The notes under the pieces are model-generated. The model saw only the letters and a list, made by a program, of their open reading frames with translations, was not told where the DNA came from and did not search any database. Position numbers and translations under genes: made by a program. From the human T2T-CHM13v2.0 reference genome, Homo sapiens: a DNA stretch of 64,000 nt. Location: the NCBI RefSeq assembly GCF_009914755.1, contig NC_060925.1; one strand, given 5' to 3'. Below are positions 1 through 11,799 of the stretch, one piece after another; within the stretch, counting starts at the first letter, position 1, and each line of letters begins with the position of its first letter.

Positions 1-309
1 ATATAATACTCCAAGGGGTCTGGGAAGTCACTCATCATCAAATACATTAATATTTTTACAGCAGTGTGAAGAGTCACACTAAATAGGTTAAATAAAAATG
101 ATATACATTAAATGTTTTGTCAAGCTACTGAAACAAAACTGTTTAATGATACACAACTTGATATAAGACAGGTTAGGTTTTACCATTAAACTTATGAAAA
201 AACTTTGGTTTTCAGACATTTTTAGATTATTAGATTTTGGTAACACAGATAAAGATGGTACTATCACGTTTGCTTGGGGATAGGCATTAATCTGGATTCA
301 TTCCCACAG

Positions 310-790
310 GCTACCTTTCACATCCAATTAGTCTCTGAGGCTTTCTGTTCTACCCCACTAAATGTCTTTTGAAGCTCACTGCTTCTGGCTATCCCTTCTG
401 CCATAGCAATTCAGGAAACCAGAATTTTCTCCTGAATTACTTAATAGACTTCTACCTAGTCTCTGTCCCCCTAGACTCCACCCACTTGTTTCCCTGCCTG
501 ACCCCAGGGCCCTTTCATCTGTTCTCTATACTGCAGCCAGAGTGACCTCTATAACACAGGTATCATTGTGCTATTCCCCTGAGTAAAACATTTATTTGGA
601 TCCCTAATGGCCTCAAGATGAAGTTCAGTTGTCTTAATATGACTTTACGAGGCCCCTGCTGATGTTTCCAGCTTTATCTCTTGCCATTTTCTACCTCCTG
701 GTCAAAGCCCCAGTCTTACTGCACTATTTTTAGATCTCTAAGAGAAAGCTGTTTGCTTTTGTATTTGTACAAGTTGTTCCCTCTTTGACA
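310..790 (+). mobile_element. L2 3' fragment
   Basis: Degenerate L2 motifs (catccaat...ctgcagccagagtgacctct...tcccctgagtaaaac). Confidence 0.6.
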
Positions 791-1050
791 ATGTACTACT
801 AAAAATCACAACTCTTCTTCTTTCAAGATAGAAGCTAAAACTAAAGATAAATTATGAGTGTCAGTATGTGCAGAGGCCTGCGTTAATCACGGCCAAGAAA
901 TTGGGGCCTGTCCAATCATCTTAGTCACCATGCACCTATGTTTATTTCTGATTAATCCTTGATTCACTATTTTTTCCCCCAGAGTGTACCAGAATAAGAA
1001 TCCATGCAGAAGTAATTATGTATCCAAATTCAGATTTGATCAACTACTTA

Positions 1051-1793
1051 TGAAACTGACTTTGCAAAGATTATGACAGTGAGAGGAGTCTAGCATAGCT
1101 GACTCCATCTTGCTTCTGGCCTCACAGACTGGCTGTCTTCACTCATTCCTGGGTGTCAGCCAAGCTCACCATGAGAGGAACTTAGTCTATAGTTTAACCT
1201 GAAAACAAGAACTAACCCCTTCCTGGCTAGGGAACTGAAAACTGTCTTTGTAAAACTAATGAAAAGCCACAATATTAATATTATGGGAGGGGCCTGAATG
1301 CTGCTAAAATGTAGACCTAGGTTCTATAATGCTTTACTGCTCAGGGGTCATGTGGTCCAGAGGTCACAAGATTTGTGATCTCCCCAATTGATCCCATAGG
1401 TAACATCACTATCGTAAAACCTAAGATTGGTCTTTTGAGATGTTTTTTTTAGATATGCATTCCGGCAACCGATGGACCTCACCTTGACCCTGACTTATGA
1501 CTCAACTGATCCTGTGGCCCCACCCAGAGGTAGACTCAGCACAAGAGGACCGTTTTCTACATCTCTATGATTTCATCCCCAGTCAGTCAGCAGTACACAC
1601 TTCCTAGCCCTTGCCCACCAAATTGTCCATAAAAACCTTAACCTTTGATCCTTTGGGGAGACTGATTTGAGTAATAATTCCATCTCTTATGTGGGCGGCC
1701 TCTTGTCAATTAAAATGGTAACTTCAATACCACAGTCTTGGTGAACTGATTTTCTCTGTGCAGGGGGCAGGAAGAACCCGTTGGGCAATTAAA
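1051..1793 (+). mobile_element. Solo ERV1 LTR, LTR8A/LTR8B-like
   Basis: Starts TGAAACTGACTTTGCAAAGATTATGACAGTGAGAG and ends GAAGAACCCGTTGGGCAATTAAA. 4-bp TSD CTTA at 1047-1050 and 1794-1797. Confidence 0.85.
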
Positions 1794-2041
1794 CTTATAC
1801 ATACAATTAAATATTTTATATGCTTCTTAAAATTTTATAATCACAAAAGTGGTATCACCAAGTTACAGAACATTTAGAAAAAAAAAAACAGGAAAGACCT
1901 ATGTTTTCATCATCCTATAAAATATTTGCTATACATAACTGTCTCCTGAAAGGTAAGCTCTGTGAAGATAAGAGCCACATGTATTCTGTTTACTGCTGTG
2001 TTCTCAGTGAAGTGTTTTAATGTTTAAAAAATATAAATACA

Positions 2042-2339
2042 GGCCAGGCATGGTGACTCTCACCTATAATCCCAAAACGGTGGGAGGCTAAGGCTGGAGA
2101 ATTGCTCAAATCCAGGAGTTCAAGACCAGCCTGGGCAACACGATGAGACCCCATCTTTACAAAAAAAAAATTATTTGGGCATGGTCACACAGCCTATAGT
2201 CCTAGCCTCTCAGGAGGCTGAGGCAGGAGGATTGCTTGAGCCCAGGAGGTGAAAGCTGCAGTGAGCCATGATCACGACATTGCAATCCAGCCCAGGAGAC
2301 AGGGTGAGACCTTGTCTCAAAATAATAATAATAATAAAA
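2042..2339 (+). mobile_element. AluJ
   Basis: Dimeric Alu with J-type GGAGGATTGCTTGAGCCCAGGAGG and an (AAT)n tail. It interrupts an L2 tail. Confidence 0.9.
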
Positions 2340-2914
2340 GTACCTAAATGAATGATTGACCTATCATTTTGGTATACAGAATTAAAATTTGAACATACTT
2401 GAATTTTCTACCATATACCCATTCAGCAACATTGAGGTTCTCAATTTTAGTACATGCAAAGTTTTGGTTGTTCCCGTAAGAGAAAATCAGAAAAAGAAGG
2501 TCCTTGGAAAAGACCACATGTTTAAAGGTAAAGTGAAAGGCAAAGAAGTAGATATTATTTTCCCCACATAACAATGATTCCCAAAGATGTTTTTCAACGA
2601 ATCCTGGGGAAAGATGAAGGAAGCAAGGAGAAAGTAAAACTGCCTCTCACAAGTATCACTGGTGACATGAGATGACAACTAACACTGAAGTGGAGAAGAG
2701 GGGAGGCGTACACGAGGTTGAGTCATAACATCACAAAGGCATCATTCATTTTCATAGACAAGGGGGAGCCAACAAATGACATCTCGTATGAGTAACGTAT
2801 GCCATACAGCAAAATAAATTTGCCAGTATCTTGTTAGAACTGTAGGTGGAAGCCATCTAGAAAAATTTCTGATGAGCAAAGGGATAAATGGATCAATTAA
2901 ATTAGAATCTCTAC

Positions 2915-3300
2915 TTGTTATCTTTAAAGGTGTTAAGGTCATGAAAGTCAAGGAAAAATTCAGAAACTGATCCAGATTGAAAGAGACTAAGGAGAAAACT
3001 AAATGCAATGCATGGTCCTGACCTGGATCCTTTTGCTAGCAAAGAACCTTATTGAGACAATTGGTGAAATCTGAGTGGAGTCTAAGGATTAGATGGTAGT
3101 AATAAATGAATGTTGATTTCCTTATTTGGATGCTTGTAATGTGATTATGTAAAAAAAAATGCCCTTTTATGTTAAAAATACACACTAAAGGATTCAGAAG
3201 TATGCACATAATGTTGATGACTTACTCTCAAATGTTCATAAAAAATTTATTGTACTGTACCTGCAACTTTTCTAAAAGTTTAAAGTTGTTTAAAAAAATT
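2915..3300 (+). mobile_element. Old L1 (L1MC/MD-like) 3' UTR fragment
   Basis: aaggtcatgaaagtcaaggaaa...ccagattgaaagagactaaggaga...ttgagacaattggtgaaatctga motifs. Confidence 0.65.
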
Positions 3301-3308
3301 AGAATCTT

Positions 3309-3695
<387 letters not shown>

Positions 3696-3889
3696 ATAGA
3701 GTCTTCTCTATAAAGTGTGACATACTTTTTCACCGAGTGCAAAAAATACAATTTATTTAACTAAACTCTTCCTTCCTTTCTTTCAAAAATCACTTATTGA
3801 AGAGCTTTTATATGCCAGGCAAGAAAAAATCTCTTCCCTACTATGTGTACTCACAGTCTCACATGAGCAAACAGACACTGTGCTGTAAT

Positions 3890-4040
3890 AGTAATAATAA
3901 TAATAACTACTATCATTTGTTGAGCAATTACTATTTGCTAGGCACAATGATATTTGATAGGGCAGGTACTGTTATCTTCGTTTTACAGAGTGAGGAAACC
4001 TACGCATAGTGAGATGAGTAACTTGCCCAGGAGTACAGAG
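3890..4040 (-). mobile_element. MIR
   Basis: ttgttgagcaattactatttgctaggcac...ttttacagagtgaggaaac...gtaacttgcccag (MIR core, reverse orientation). Confidence 0.7.
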
Positions 4041-4774
4041 CTATTTTGACTTGGCTACACCACTATAGTATAGGAAGGCAAAGTGCTATGAAAACACACA
4101 TACGGACTGATGCAGACTATGGGTGCCATGGAAGGTTTCTTAGAGGAGGTAAGGTGGGATGTATCTGTAAACATGCGTATTATTTCCATTGTTAATGATC
4201 ACAAATACTCCTTCCATGAACATCTGTGCAGATAACTTTCCATTTTGTAGTCCTGCTGCCACTCTCTCCCTTTGCTTAGATCCTAAGAAGTAGAATTCTG
4301 GGACAAAAGTTATAGAAATATTCCAAGGCTTTCAATATGTTTTGCCCATAGTTGTCACCAGCTATATGAGGGTATCTACTTTACTGTAGCATTGCCAGCA
4401 GTGGGCATTATTACTTCAAAAGTTCTTTGCCATTAATAGAAAACTAGTATTTGATTACTCAGCTGAACATTTTACCATCAATGCTATCTTTAACACACAA
4501 ATTTAAGATCATTGTAGTTACAACCAGCAGAGTATAAGAGAACATTAACAGTGACAGAACATTCTAGAATGTCTCATAAATACCATAATTTATTCCTATA
4601 ATCACAAAATTGACTGGGTCACAATTAGCAATATTCAAAGAAAACAAATTTCTGTATTCATGCTAAGATCTTTGACCTCTCAAACTTACTATGAGTTCTA
4701 GGAGAACAGTAGAAATGAATTGTTTGATCCTATCACAATCCAGCAAGTAAAACATGTTCTATAATTGTTTGCTA

Positions 4775-4775
<1 letters not shown>

Positions 4776-4805
<30 letters not shown>

Positions 4806-4812
4806 AAAATAA
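4776..4812. repeat. (AAAT)n microsatellite
   Basis: Run of about 8 AAAT units. Confidence 0.85.
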
Positions 4813-4949
4813 TGGATAATGACAAAATATAAACTGAAGCCATACTTTCTGAGCTCTATACCCATGACACATAGCTCAGTAAACATCACATTAGGGAAAG
4901 ATTAAAGAGAAGTAGCATGTTCCCCTCTTTCTCTTCTTGCCATATAAAT

Positions 4950-5075
4950 AGGATAACAATATATTCTAGTTTGCGTGTGACAGTTCTGGTTTATGCCTCT
5001 TGTCCGAACATCTTTTCTGATTAGAGCTGCCTTTCAAAGGGTGTTTAATTGGGCAATAAATTTTATGGTCACTCT
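4950..5075 (-). mobile_element. MER94-like hAT-Blackjack MITE
   Basis: gacagttctggtttatgcctcttgtcc...aataaattttatggtcactct resembles the reverse of MER94. Confidence 0.55.
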
Positions 5076-5899
5076 GCATCTAAAGGATGTCCCCCTAATG
5101 AAGAGCTGATCCTAGGAACAAAGTGCTCACTGATCAGACAACTTGTCTTGTGTCACTCGGATTTTCACTTTGAAGACCTATAGCCAGATACCTCATTTGG
5201 CCTTTATGTATTTTCATAATATTTTATCATCTGAAGCCAAATAATAATCTGAAAGTAGCTAATTGATAAGGGCATCCTTGACTATCTCAGCACTCTTTAT
5301 TTCATTTTATTGATAAAAGAAGTGAGGCATGGAAAGAAAATGTGACTTATTCAAGTTCATATCAAGAAAATAATCAGCCATATAAGAGGAAGCTACTGAT
5401 GCTCTAACTTCTGATTTTTGATTAATTCTCTAAACCACACAGTCATTAATGTACACTGAAATCTCCAGTGAAGTTAGATCAGAAAAATTGCAATCATTTA
5501 GTAAATGGCTTTGCAAACTACAGGCAGTAATAATCTATTTCAAACAATATGAACAAAATCATAGGCATACCTTAGATAATACTTTTTCCTTTTTTTCCCC
5601 TCAGGCCCTCTTGGATAATATTTTTAATGGGTATAAATTTCATGGTTAATAACATTTCAGTCTCATTAAGTAAAAGTCTCTATTCAAACCTAGTTGATAG
5701 GTCCAAGCTATCAGAAAGTGAGGAAATATTTATTTATAAAATAAGTTAAAATTTAAAATAAACATTTAATCTTTTTGGTTATTAAAAAATAAAGCTTGGT
5801 ACATTTTTACATTTCACAAGTATGTCTAAATTTCATACAAAGATGCATAATAGATAAGGTTTTACAAATATCTTGGATTATAACAGAAAATCTTAATGG

Positions 5900-6870
5900 A
5901 GCTAACAAAGTCATTTTCTATAACAACAACAAAGAAACTTATGGTGATAAATTTAATAGACTATTACTAAGAACTATATGAAAAAAAGTGACTCTACTGC
6001 TTGCATAAAAGGAGAGGCATACCACATATGAAGTTGGAGAAACTCACTATTACAGATATGACATTTCCATATAATTTATAAACATATTGTAATGTCACTG
6101 AAAGTCCCACTTGCATTTTGTAGGGGTGGAGTAAAGACCTCGGTAAAAAGTCATTTAAAGTTCATTCGGAGGTTGGCCAGGCGTGGTGGCTCATGCCTGT
6201 AATCCCAGAACTTTTCGAGGCTGAGGTGGGTGGATCACCTGAGGTCAGGAGACAGCCTGGCCAACATGGTGAAACTTCATCTCTACTAGAAATACAAAAA
6301 ATTAGCTGGGCATGGTGGCATGCACCTGTAATCCCAGCTATGCAGGAGGCTGAGGCTGGAGAAATGCTTGAACTCAGGAGGCGGAGGTTGCAGTGAGCCG
6401 AGATTGTGCCACTGCACTACAGCCTGGGCGACAGAGTGAGACTCCCTCTCAATAAATAAATAAAAAGTTCATTTGGAGGAATACATTTTAGGGACTAACC
6501 AAGAACACTTTTGTAAAGTATAAATAACCTACAATAATAAAAACAGTATTTTGCTGGTACAGATCAATGGAATAAAATAGGAAGTTCAGAAACAGGCAAG
6601 GATGTATATAAGTATTCAATAAATGAGAAGGAACAATGAAAGGATGGATGGATTTAGCCATTTAAATAAAATAAATTGTTTATTATTAATAATATTGTGA
6701 TAGCTGGCTAAATCCATACCTCACACTATATGTCTAATAAATTCCAGGTGGATTGAACATTTCAATGTATGAAAATGAAAACAAAATATTTGGGGAAGGC
6801 TTTTCTATGTACAACTTCCAGGACATAATTTTTTTTTAAAAGACTAATAGATTTGATCACATAAAACATA
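5900..6870 (+). mobile_element. Ancient L1M ORF2 fragments (interrupted by an Alu)
   Basis: A-rich degenerate ORF2 motifs (acagatcaatggaataaaataggaagttcagaaaca; atacctcacactatatgtctaataaattccaggtggatt). Confidence 0.55.
6175..6463 (+). mobile_element. AluS (Sx-like)
   Basis: Dimer with a small left-arm deletion. TSD approximately AAAGTTCATTYGGAGG. Confidence 0.92.
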
Positions 6871-7164
6871 ATACTCATTAAAATAAATGTGTATTAAGGA
6901 TATCAACCATTTTTCTTCATTTAATCACTTAAATTTATTATTTCTTTTTAAATTTCATTTAGCTTATTTTGACACAAAAATTTTAAAATCTATAAGAAGT
7001 TAAAAAAATAAAATATTTATTTACAGTTTCCTTCTTGGATTTTGGCCTAGAAATAACTTTCTTAACCCTAAACCGGACCCATTTTCACTTATATTTTCTC
7101 AGAATTTTTCATTTCATATTTTATGTTAATTTAAAAGATGAGAGATCAAATATGGCTTTGTTTC

Positions 7165-7350
7165 ATATTAGCTGTCTGGTTTGGGGATGTTACTTAACCT
7201 CTCTGAGTCTCAATTTCAGTTTCCTAAAAAAACAGATATAATGAATACCAGCCTATTGGAGTTGCTATGGCAATGAAAAGAAATCATTTATACAACACAT
7301 GTGTCATGGTAGAATCTGGTTAATAAAGGTGACCAAAATGTTAGCTATCA
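7165..7350 (+). mobile_element. MIR
   Basis: gttacttaacctctctgagtctcaatttc...aaaatgttagctat. Confidence 0.65.
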
Positions 7351-7363
7351 CTTTGAGTGCTAT

Positions 7364-7877
7364 TGTTATACTTGGTAGCTAGTCGGGTATGAGCAGGGCA
7401 GGAAAGGGCTCCCATACCTCACACCAGGAGTGTTGGGAGACCATCAGGTGATGGTCAGGTGGTTGTTAACTGTCTCTCTGAAGTAATAATTGGTCACAGC
7501 TGGCGCCAGGGAACGGCAGTCTCCTAGTAGATAGAAAACACCTAAAACTGGTGACGAGCGGCTTCTCAATAAGATCTCAGGAGTTGGGCAAGTGGTCAGA
7601 AGTAGTGCAAGACCCTGGAGGTATGCCATCATATAAAAACCTCAAGTCAAAAGGTCAAGCCATACACTTGTCTTTCAAGTCACCTGCTTGGCCCTCTTCC
7701 AAGTGTACTTTCCTTTCTTTTGTTCCTGCTCTAAAGCTTTTAAGTAAACTTTCACTCCTGCTCTAAAACTTGCCTCAGTCTCTCCTTCTGCCTTATGCTT
7801 CCTCAGTTGAATTCTTTCTTCTGAAGAGGCAGGTACTGAGGTTGCTGCAGACCCATATGAATTTGCCATGGGTAACA
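7364..7877 (+). mobile_element. Solo ERV1 LTR, MER50-like
   Basis: TGTTA...TAACA termini and 4-bp TSD CTAT (7360-7363, 7878-7881). Internal GACCATCAGGTGATGGTCAGG and GATAAGATCTCAGGAGTTGGGC-like motifs. Confidence 0.8.
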
Positions 7878-7910
7878 CTATCACACTGTATATTAGACTC
7901 CTTCCCCGCC

Positions 7911-8073
7911 TTTTTTGGAGGCAAAGTCTCGCTATGATGTCCAGGGTGGAGTTCAGGGGCTATTCACAAATGCAATCATAGCATACTGTGGCCTTGAACT
8001 CCTGGCTTCAAGCAATCCTCCCACTTAAGCCTCCCAAGTTGCTGGGACTCCAGGTGCATGCCACTGAGCCTGG
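7911..8073 (-). mobile_element. FAM (fossil Alu monomer)
   Basis: Monomer retaining the 7SL-like GGCTATTCACA...ATCATAGC segment that dimeric Alus lack. Confidence 0.8.
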
Positions 8074-8099
8074 CTAGACTTCTTAATTTCATTGGAAAA

Positions 8100-8445
8100 C
8101 AGTTGACCCTTAAACAGTGTGGAGGTATGGGGTACCTATCCCCTGCACAGTGGAAAAATCTACATATAACTTTTGATTCCCCAAAAGCTTAACTACTAAT
8201 GCTGTTGACCGGGAGCTTCATCGATAACAAAAAGTCGATTAACACATAAATAGACTAGTATCTATATATATGTTATGCACTCATAATACACATTTTTTTC
8301 TATTTTTTTGATATTTCTAGGCTACAAAGTTCACCCAAGAGTTTTTTCAAATTGTCACAAATCTCCAAACTTTCTAATATATTTATTGAACAAATGAATA
8401 TATAAGTGGACCAGCACAGTTCAAACATTGTTCAAGGGTCAACTG
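8100..8445. mobile_element. Tigger2-derived non-autonomous element
   Basis: TIRs CAGTTGACCCTT... / ...TGTTCAAGGGTCAACTG, followed by TA. Confidence 0.85.
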
Positions 8446-8654
8446 TATGTATTTTCATGACTAGCAATTTATGGTGATGGTATAGTCACCTGATATAAAA
8501 ACAAATTTCACAGAATTTAATTATTTTAAAATCAAAATGTATGCCAACCAGAAAAAAATATCTAAATTCTTTGAAAGCTATGCAGCATGCTACAATTTGG
8601 TCTTTCAAAGTTGCAGTCCAAAATCATCAGATGGCCAAGTAACAGAGTCATCCA

Positions 8655-8847
8655 AGGGGAACATCACATACCAGGACTTGTCAGGGGGTGGGGGGGATAG
8701 GGGAGGGATAACATTAGGAGAAATACCTAATGTAGGTGATGGGTTGATGGGTGCAACAAACCACCAGGGCACGTGTATACCTATGTAACAAAACTGCACT
8801 CTCTGCACATGTAACCTAGAACTTGAAGTATAACAATAAAACAAAAA
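8655..8847 (+). mobile_element. L1PA 3' end (5'-truncated, about 190 bp)
   Basis: gggaacatcacatac...G-rich tract...ggagaaatacctaatgtag...cacatgtaacctagaacttgaagtataa plus an A-rich tail. Confidence 0.9.
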
Positions 8848-8925
8848 GTTTTCTTACACATCAGAACTCCTGAGATAATTTATGAGCTTGAAATATAAAT
8901 AGGATGTTTACCTTCTTTATCTTAC

Positions 8926-9033
8926 CTCTAATAGGCCATCCTCTGGCAGATCAGTACAGTGAACAGCATTCTGGATCTTAGTTTTACCAAAGATTGCTCT
9001 GAGAGTTCCAGGGCGTAAATGCCGGGCAATTTC
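8926..9033 (-). CDS. NME7: NME7 internal coding exon (penultimate; 108 nt, phase 0-0), NDK domain B C-terminal part
   Basis: The reverse complement reads ...tttaatAG|GAA ATT GCC CGG CAT...GGC CTA TTA GAG|GTaaga. The translation EIARHLRPGTLRAIFGKTKIQNAVHCTDLPEDGLLE matches my recollection of the NME7 C-terminus, including the NDK Kpn-loop segment (PGTLR) and an NxxH-like motif (NAVHCTD). It is absent from the ORF track because it is a short spliced exon. Confidence 0.96.
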
Positions 9034-9064
9034 CTATTAAACATACATTCACATATAGATTAAT

Positions 9065-9072
9065 GTTAGTCA
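9065..9072 (-). promoter_or_regulatory. Candidate branch point for the NME7 exon
   Basis: Minus-strand TGACTAAC, with the putative branch A at 9066, 33 nt upstream of the exon. Near-perfect CTAAC consensus. Confidence 0.65.
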
Positions 9073-9439
9073 TATGGTATAAATAAGAAAAACACTAGCT
9101 ATATGAAACGCTAACTTATTTATGAAATACATGTTATATATAGACAGTGCTTATAAGGGTTTTTCTGTGGCCCAATGTAAAGTCTGCTTTCATCTACATC
9201 GGGGAAAAATAATAATTGCATTTCTTTTTATCAATAGATTATGGGAATCACACAAAATGTGAAGCTAGTTCATTACTGTGAAAGACTTGTATTTTATAAA
9301 GACAGTAGAGATCTTAACAACTTTGATTTAAAATGAACCAATTTGATGCTATTGATTTCAAAAGCTTTTAAAAAAATGTTAGCTGTATCAACTTAATGGT
9401 AGTTCATCTTTAAGAGAAAAAATATGGTCACAAATAGCC

Positions 9440-9870
9440 CTGAATTTAATGAGGGTTAGAGAGAGGCAAGGGAATGATAATGATGTACAAAAAAATTTAA
9501 ATTGAGAAAGACAGGAAGAGAGGACCTAGGGGATAAAGAGGTAATTGACAATGAAAAGGTGGATCAATGAATTTGAGCTCCTAGTGGTATGGGATAATTA
9601 TTGAGATCTGTATGTTAGAAGAAGAGAGCTGGAAAGTTAAAAGATACTCGAGACTGAGATTACTGTGGGTGGGAGGAGAGGGGGCTATAGTGATTGATAA
9701 TGATCAGTTTTAAGGCATAACCATGGATAAGGTTAGTCTGAGGGCAAGAATGTTAGAAGAAAGAAGAACAACAGATTGAGAGGCCAAGGTCGTAAGTGGG
9801 TCACCTCTATGAAAGTGGAAATCAGAAAGAATCATGACAGGTGTAGCTTAGGGTGCAAAGATTCTGAGCA
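9440..9870 (-). mobile_element. Probable L2 internal fragment
   Basis: Purine-rich degenerate sequence typical of reverse-oriented L2 ORF2. Confidence 0.4.
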
Positions 9871-10111
9871 GCACTCACATTTGTGGTTCCATCACTTAAG
9901 GATGTTTTAAAGACATGCATTTATTTAATTACTTAAGTTTTATTTGCCAGGGTTCCATCAAATGTCAGCTATAAATGTATTATGTTTAGGAAAAACATTT
10001 TGATAAAGTAGAAAATAAGGATGTCTTTATATTTTATTTCATATTTATTACTTTCATTCTGTTCTCCGTAATTTTTCTAGCAAGTAAGTATCCAATATTA
10101 AAAACCTACTC

Positions 10112-10410
10112 AGCTGCGCGTGGTGGCCCACACCTGTAATCCCAACACTTTCAGAGGTAGAGGTGAGTGAATCATTTGTGGTCAGGAGTTCGAGACCAGC
10201 CTGGCTAACATGGTGAAGCCCTGTCTCAACATGGTGAAACCCTGTCTCTACAAAAATTAGCTGGGCATGGTGGTGCGTGCCTGTAATACCAGATATTTAG
10301 GAGGCTCAGGCAGGAGAATCACCTGAACCTGGGAGATGGAGGTTGCAGTGAGCCGAGACTGTGCATTGCACTCCAGCCTGGACGGCAGATCAGACTCCAT
10401 CTCAGAAAAC
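10112..10410 (+). mobile_element. AluS with internal 21-bp duplication
   Basis: Dimer. AACATGGTGAARCCCTGTCTC is repeated at 10207-10227 and 10228-10248. Confidence 0.9.
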
Positions 10411-10602
10411 AAGCAGAAGCCTTACTCTGCTTATATAGTGGGAAGCTGTCATTTTGTGACATAAGATGTAATTTATGAAATTGTGAAAAGTGAGTACTAA
10501 CGTTCTTTTTCTTATTTCCGGTCAGGGAAAAAAACACTTTTAAATTACTCAGTTCCAGTAAACTGTTTTATTAGAACCTATTCTCTATCAAATTTTGTTT
10601 GA

Positions 10603-10862
10603 TGGCCAGGCTCATACCTATAATCGGCACTTTGGGAGGAGTTTGAGAGCAGCCTTGGCAACACAGAGAGACCCCGTTGCTACAAAAAATACAAAAATTA
10701 GCCAGGTGTAGTGGTGCACGCCTGTAGTCCCAGCTACTTGGGAGGCTGTGTGGGAGGATGGCTTGAGCCTGTGAGGTCGAGGCTGCAGTGAGCCAAAATG
10801 ACACCACTGCACTCCAGCCTGGGTTGTCAGACAGAGTAGGACCCTGTCTCAAAAAAAGAAAA
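10603..10862 (+). mobile_element. AluJ (left-arm deletions)
   Basis: J-type right arm GGAGGATGGCTTGAGCC...GGCTGCAGTGAGCC. Confidence 0.88.
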
Positions 10863-10959
10863 TTTTATTTAACTTGCACTACATTCATTAAAAGATTACT
10901 TTCATATAAGTGTCTGCTACATGCACAGCACTTGAAATCTGAAGAGGTTCATGTGTGTT

Positions 10960-11265
10960 GGCCTAGCGCGGTGGATCATGCCTGTAATCCCAGCACTTTG
11001 GGAGGCCGAGGCGGGTGGATCACCTGAGGTCAGGAGTTAGAGACCAGCCTGATCAACATGGTGAAACCCTGTTTCTACTAAAAATACAAAAATTAGCAGG
11101 GCATGGTGGCACACACCTGTAGTCTCAGCTACTTGGGGGGCTGAGGCAGAAGAATGGCTTGAACCCGGCGGTGCGGAGGTTGCAGTGAGCCGAGATCACG
11201 CCACTGCACTCCAGCCTGGGTGAAAGAGCGAGATTCCATCTCAAAAACAACAACAACAACAAAAA
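10960..11265 (+). mobile_element. AluS (Sx-like)
   Basis: Full dimer with GGATCACCTGAGGTCAGGAG and a (CAA)n tail. Confidence 0.93.
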
Positions 11266-11799
11266 TGGTTGGTAATTCCTGGCTGTTTTTTTTTTTTTCT
11301 TTTTTTTTATGAGTTCTCTATTTGCTTGTCATAGATGCCAGGGACATGCTGCTAGATGAGGTATTCTGGTTGCCTTCCTTTCAGAAGGGGGTGCTACCAT
11401 TTTTCCTGAGTGTTATTAGCTGCCTTCCCATTGCTCTGCCTCTTTAGCTCAAGCCCCACATTCAGTGCCTTAGGCTGTGGCTAAAAGTATCAACTGCCTT
11501 CTGCTCAATGTAAGCAAGCAAATGTGAAGGCGCTGATTTACTCTGCTGCTCTTCATGCAGCCCTCCAACTAACCACCCTGCTTAAGCCCCATGCCCTTCC
11601 TCAGCCTTGCATCCATATGTCTGATGTGCAGCCCACCCAGTACCCCTACCCCTTCTGGAGCAGTTCTCTCCTGCACGTTTTAGAGTGTTGGTTTTCCTCA
11701 ACGATACAATCCTATCTGCTTTGAGTCTTTTGAAGTTTATGGCCTGTAACAAAACTAAAAAAAAACAAAAAAAAAACAAACCCACAAAAACAAAAACAT

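Noticed and set aside
7911-8073. 7SL RNA gene or pseudogene
   Set aside because: It lacks most of the 7SL S-domain. Length and sequence fit a FAM monomer.
11286-11797. Processed pseudogene suggested by the flanking poly(T) and poly(A) tracts
   Set aside because: No polyadenylation signal next to either tract, no TSD and no recognisable coding similarity.
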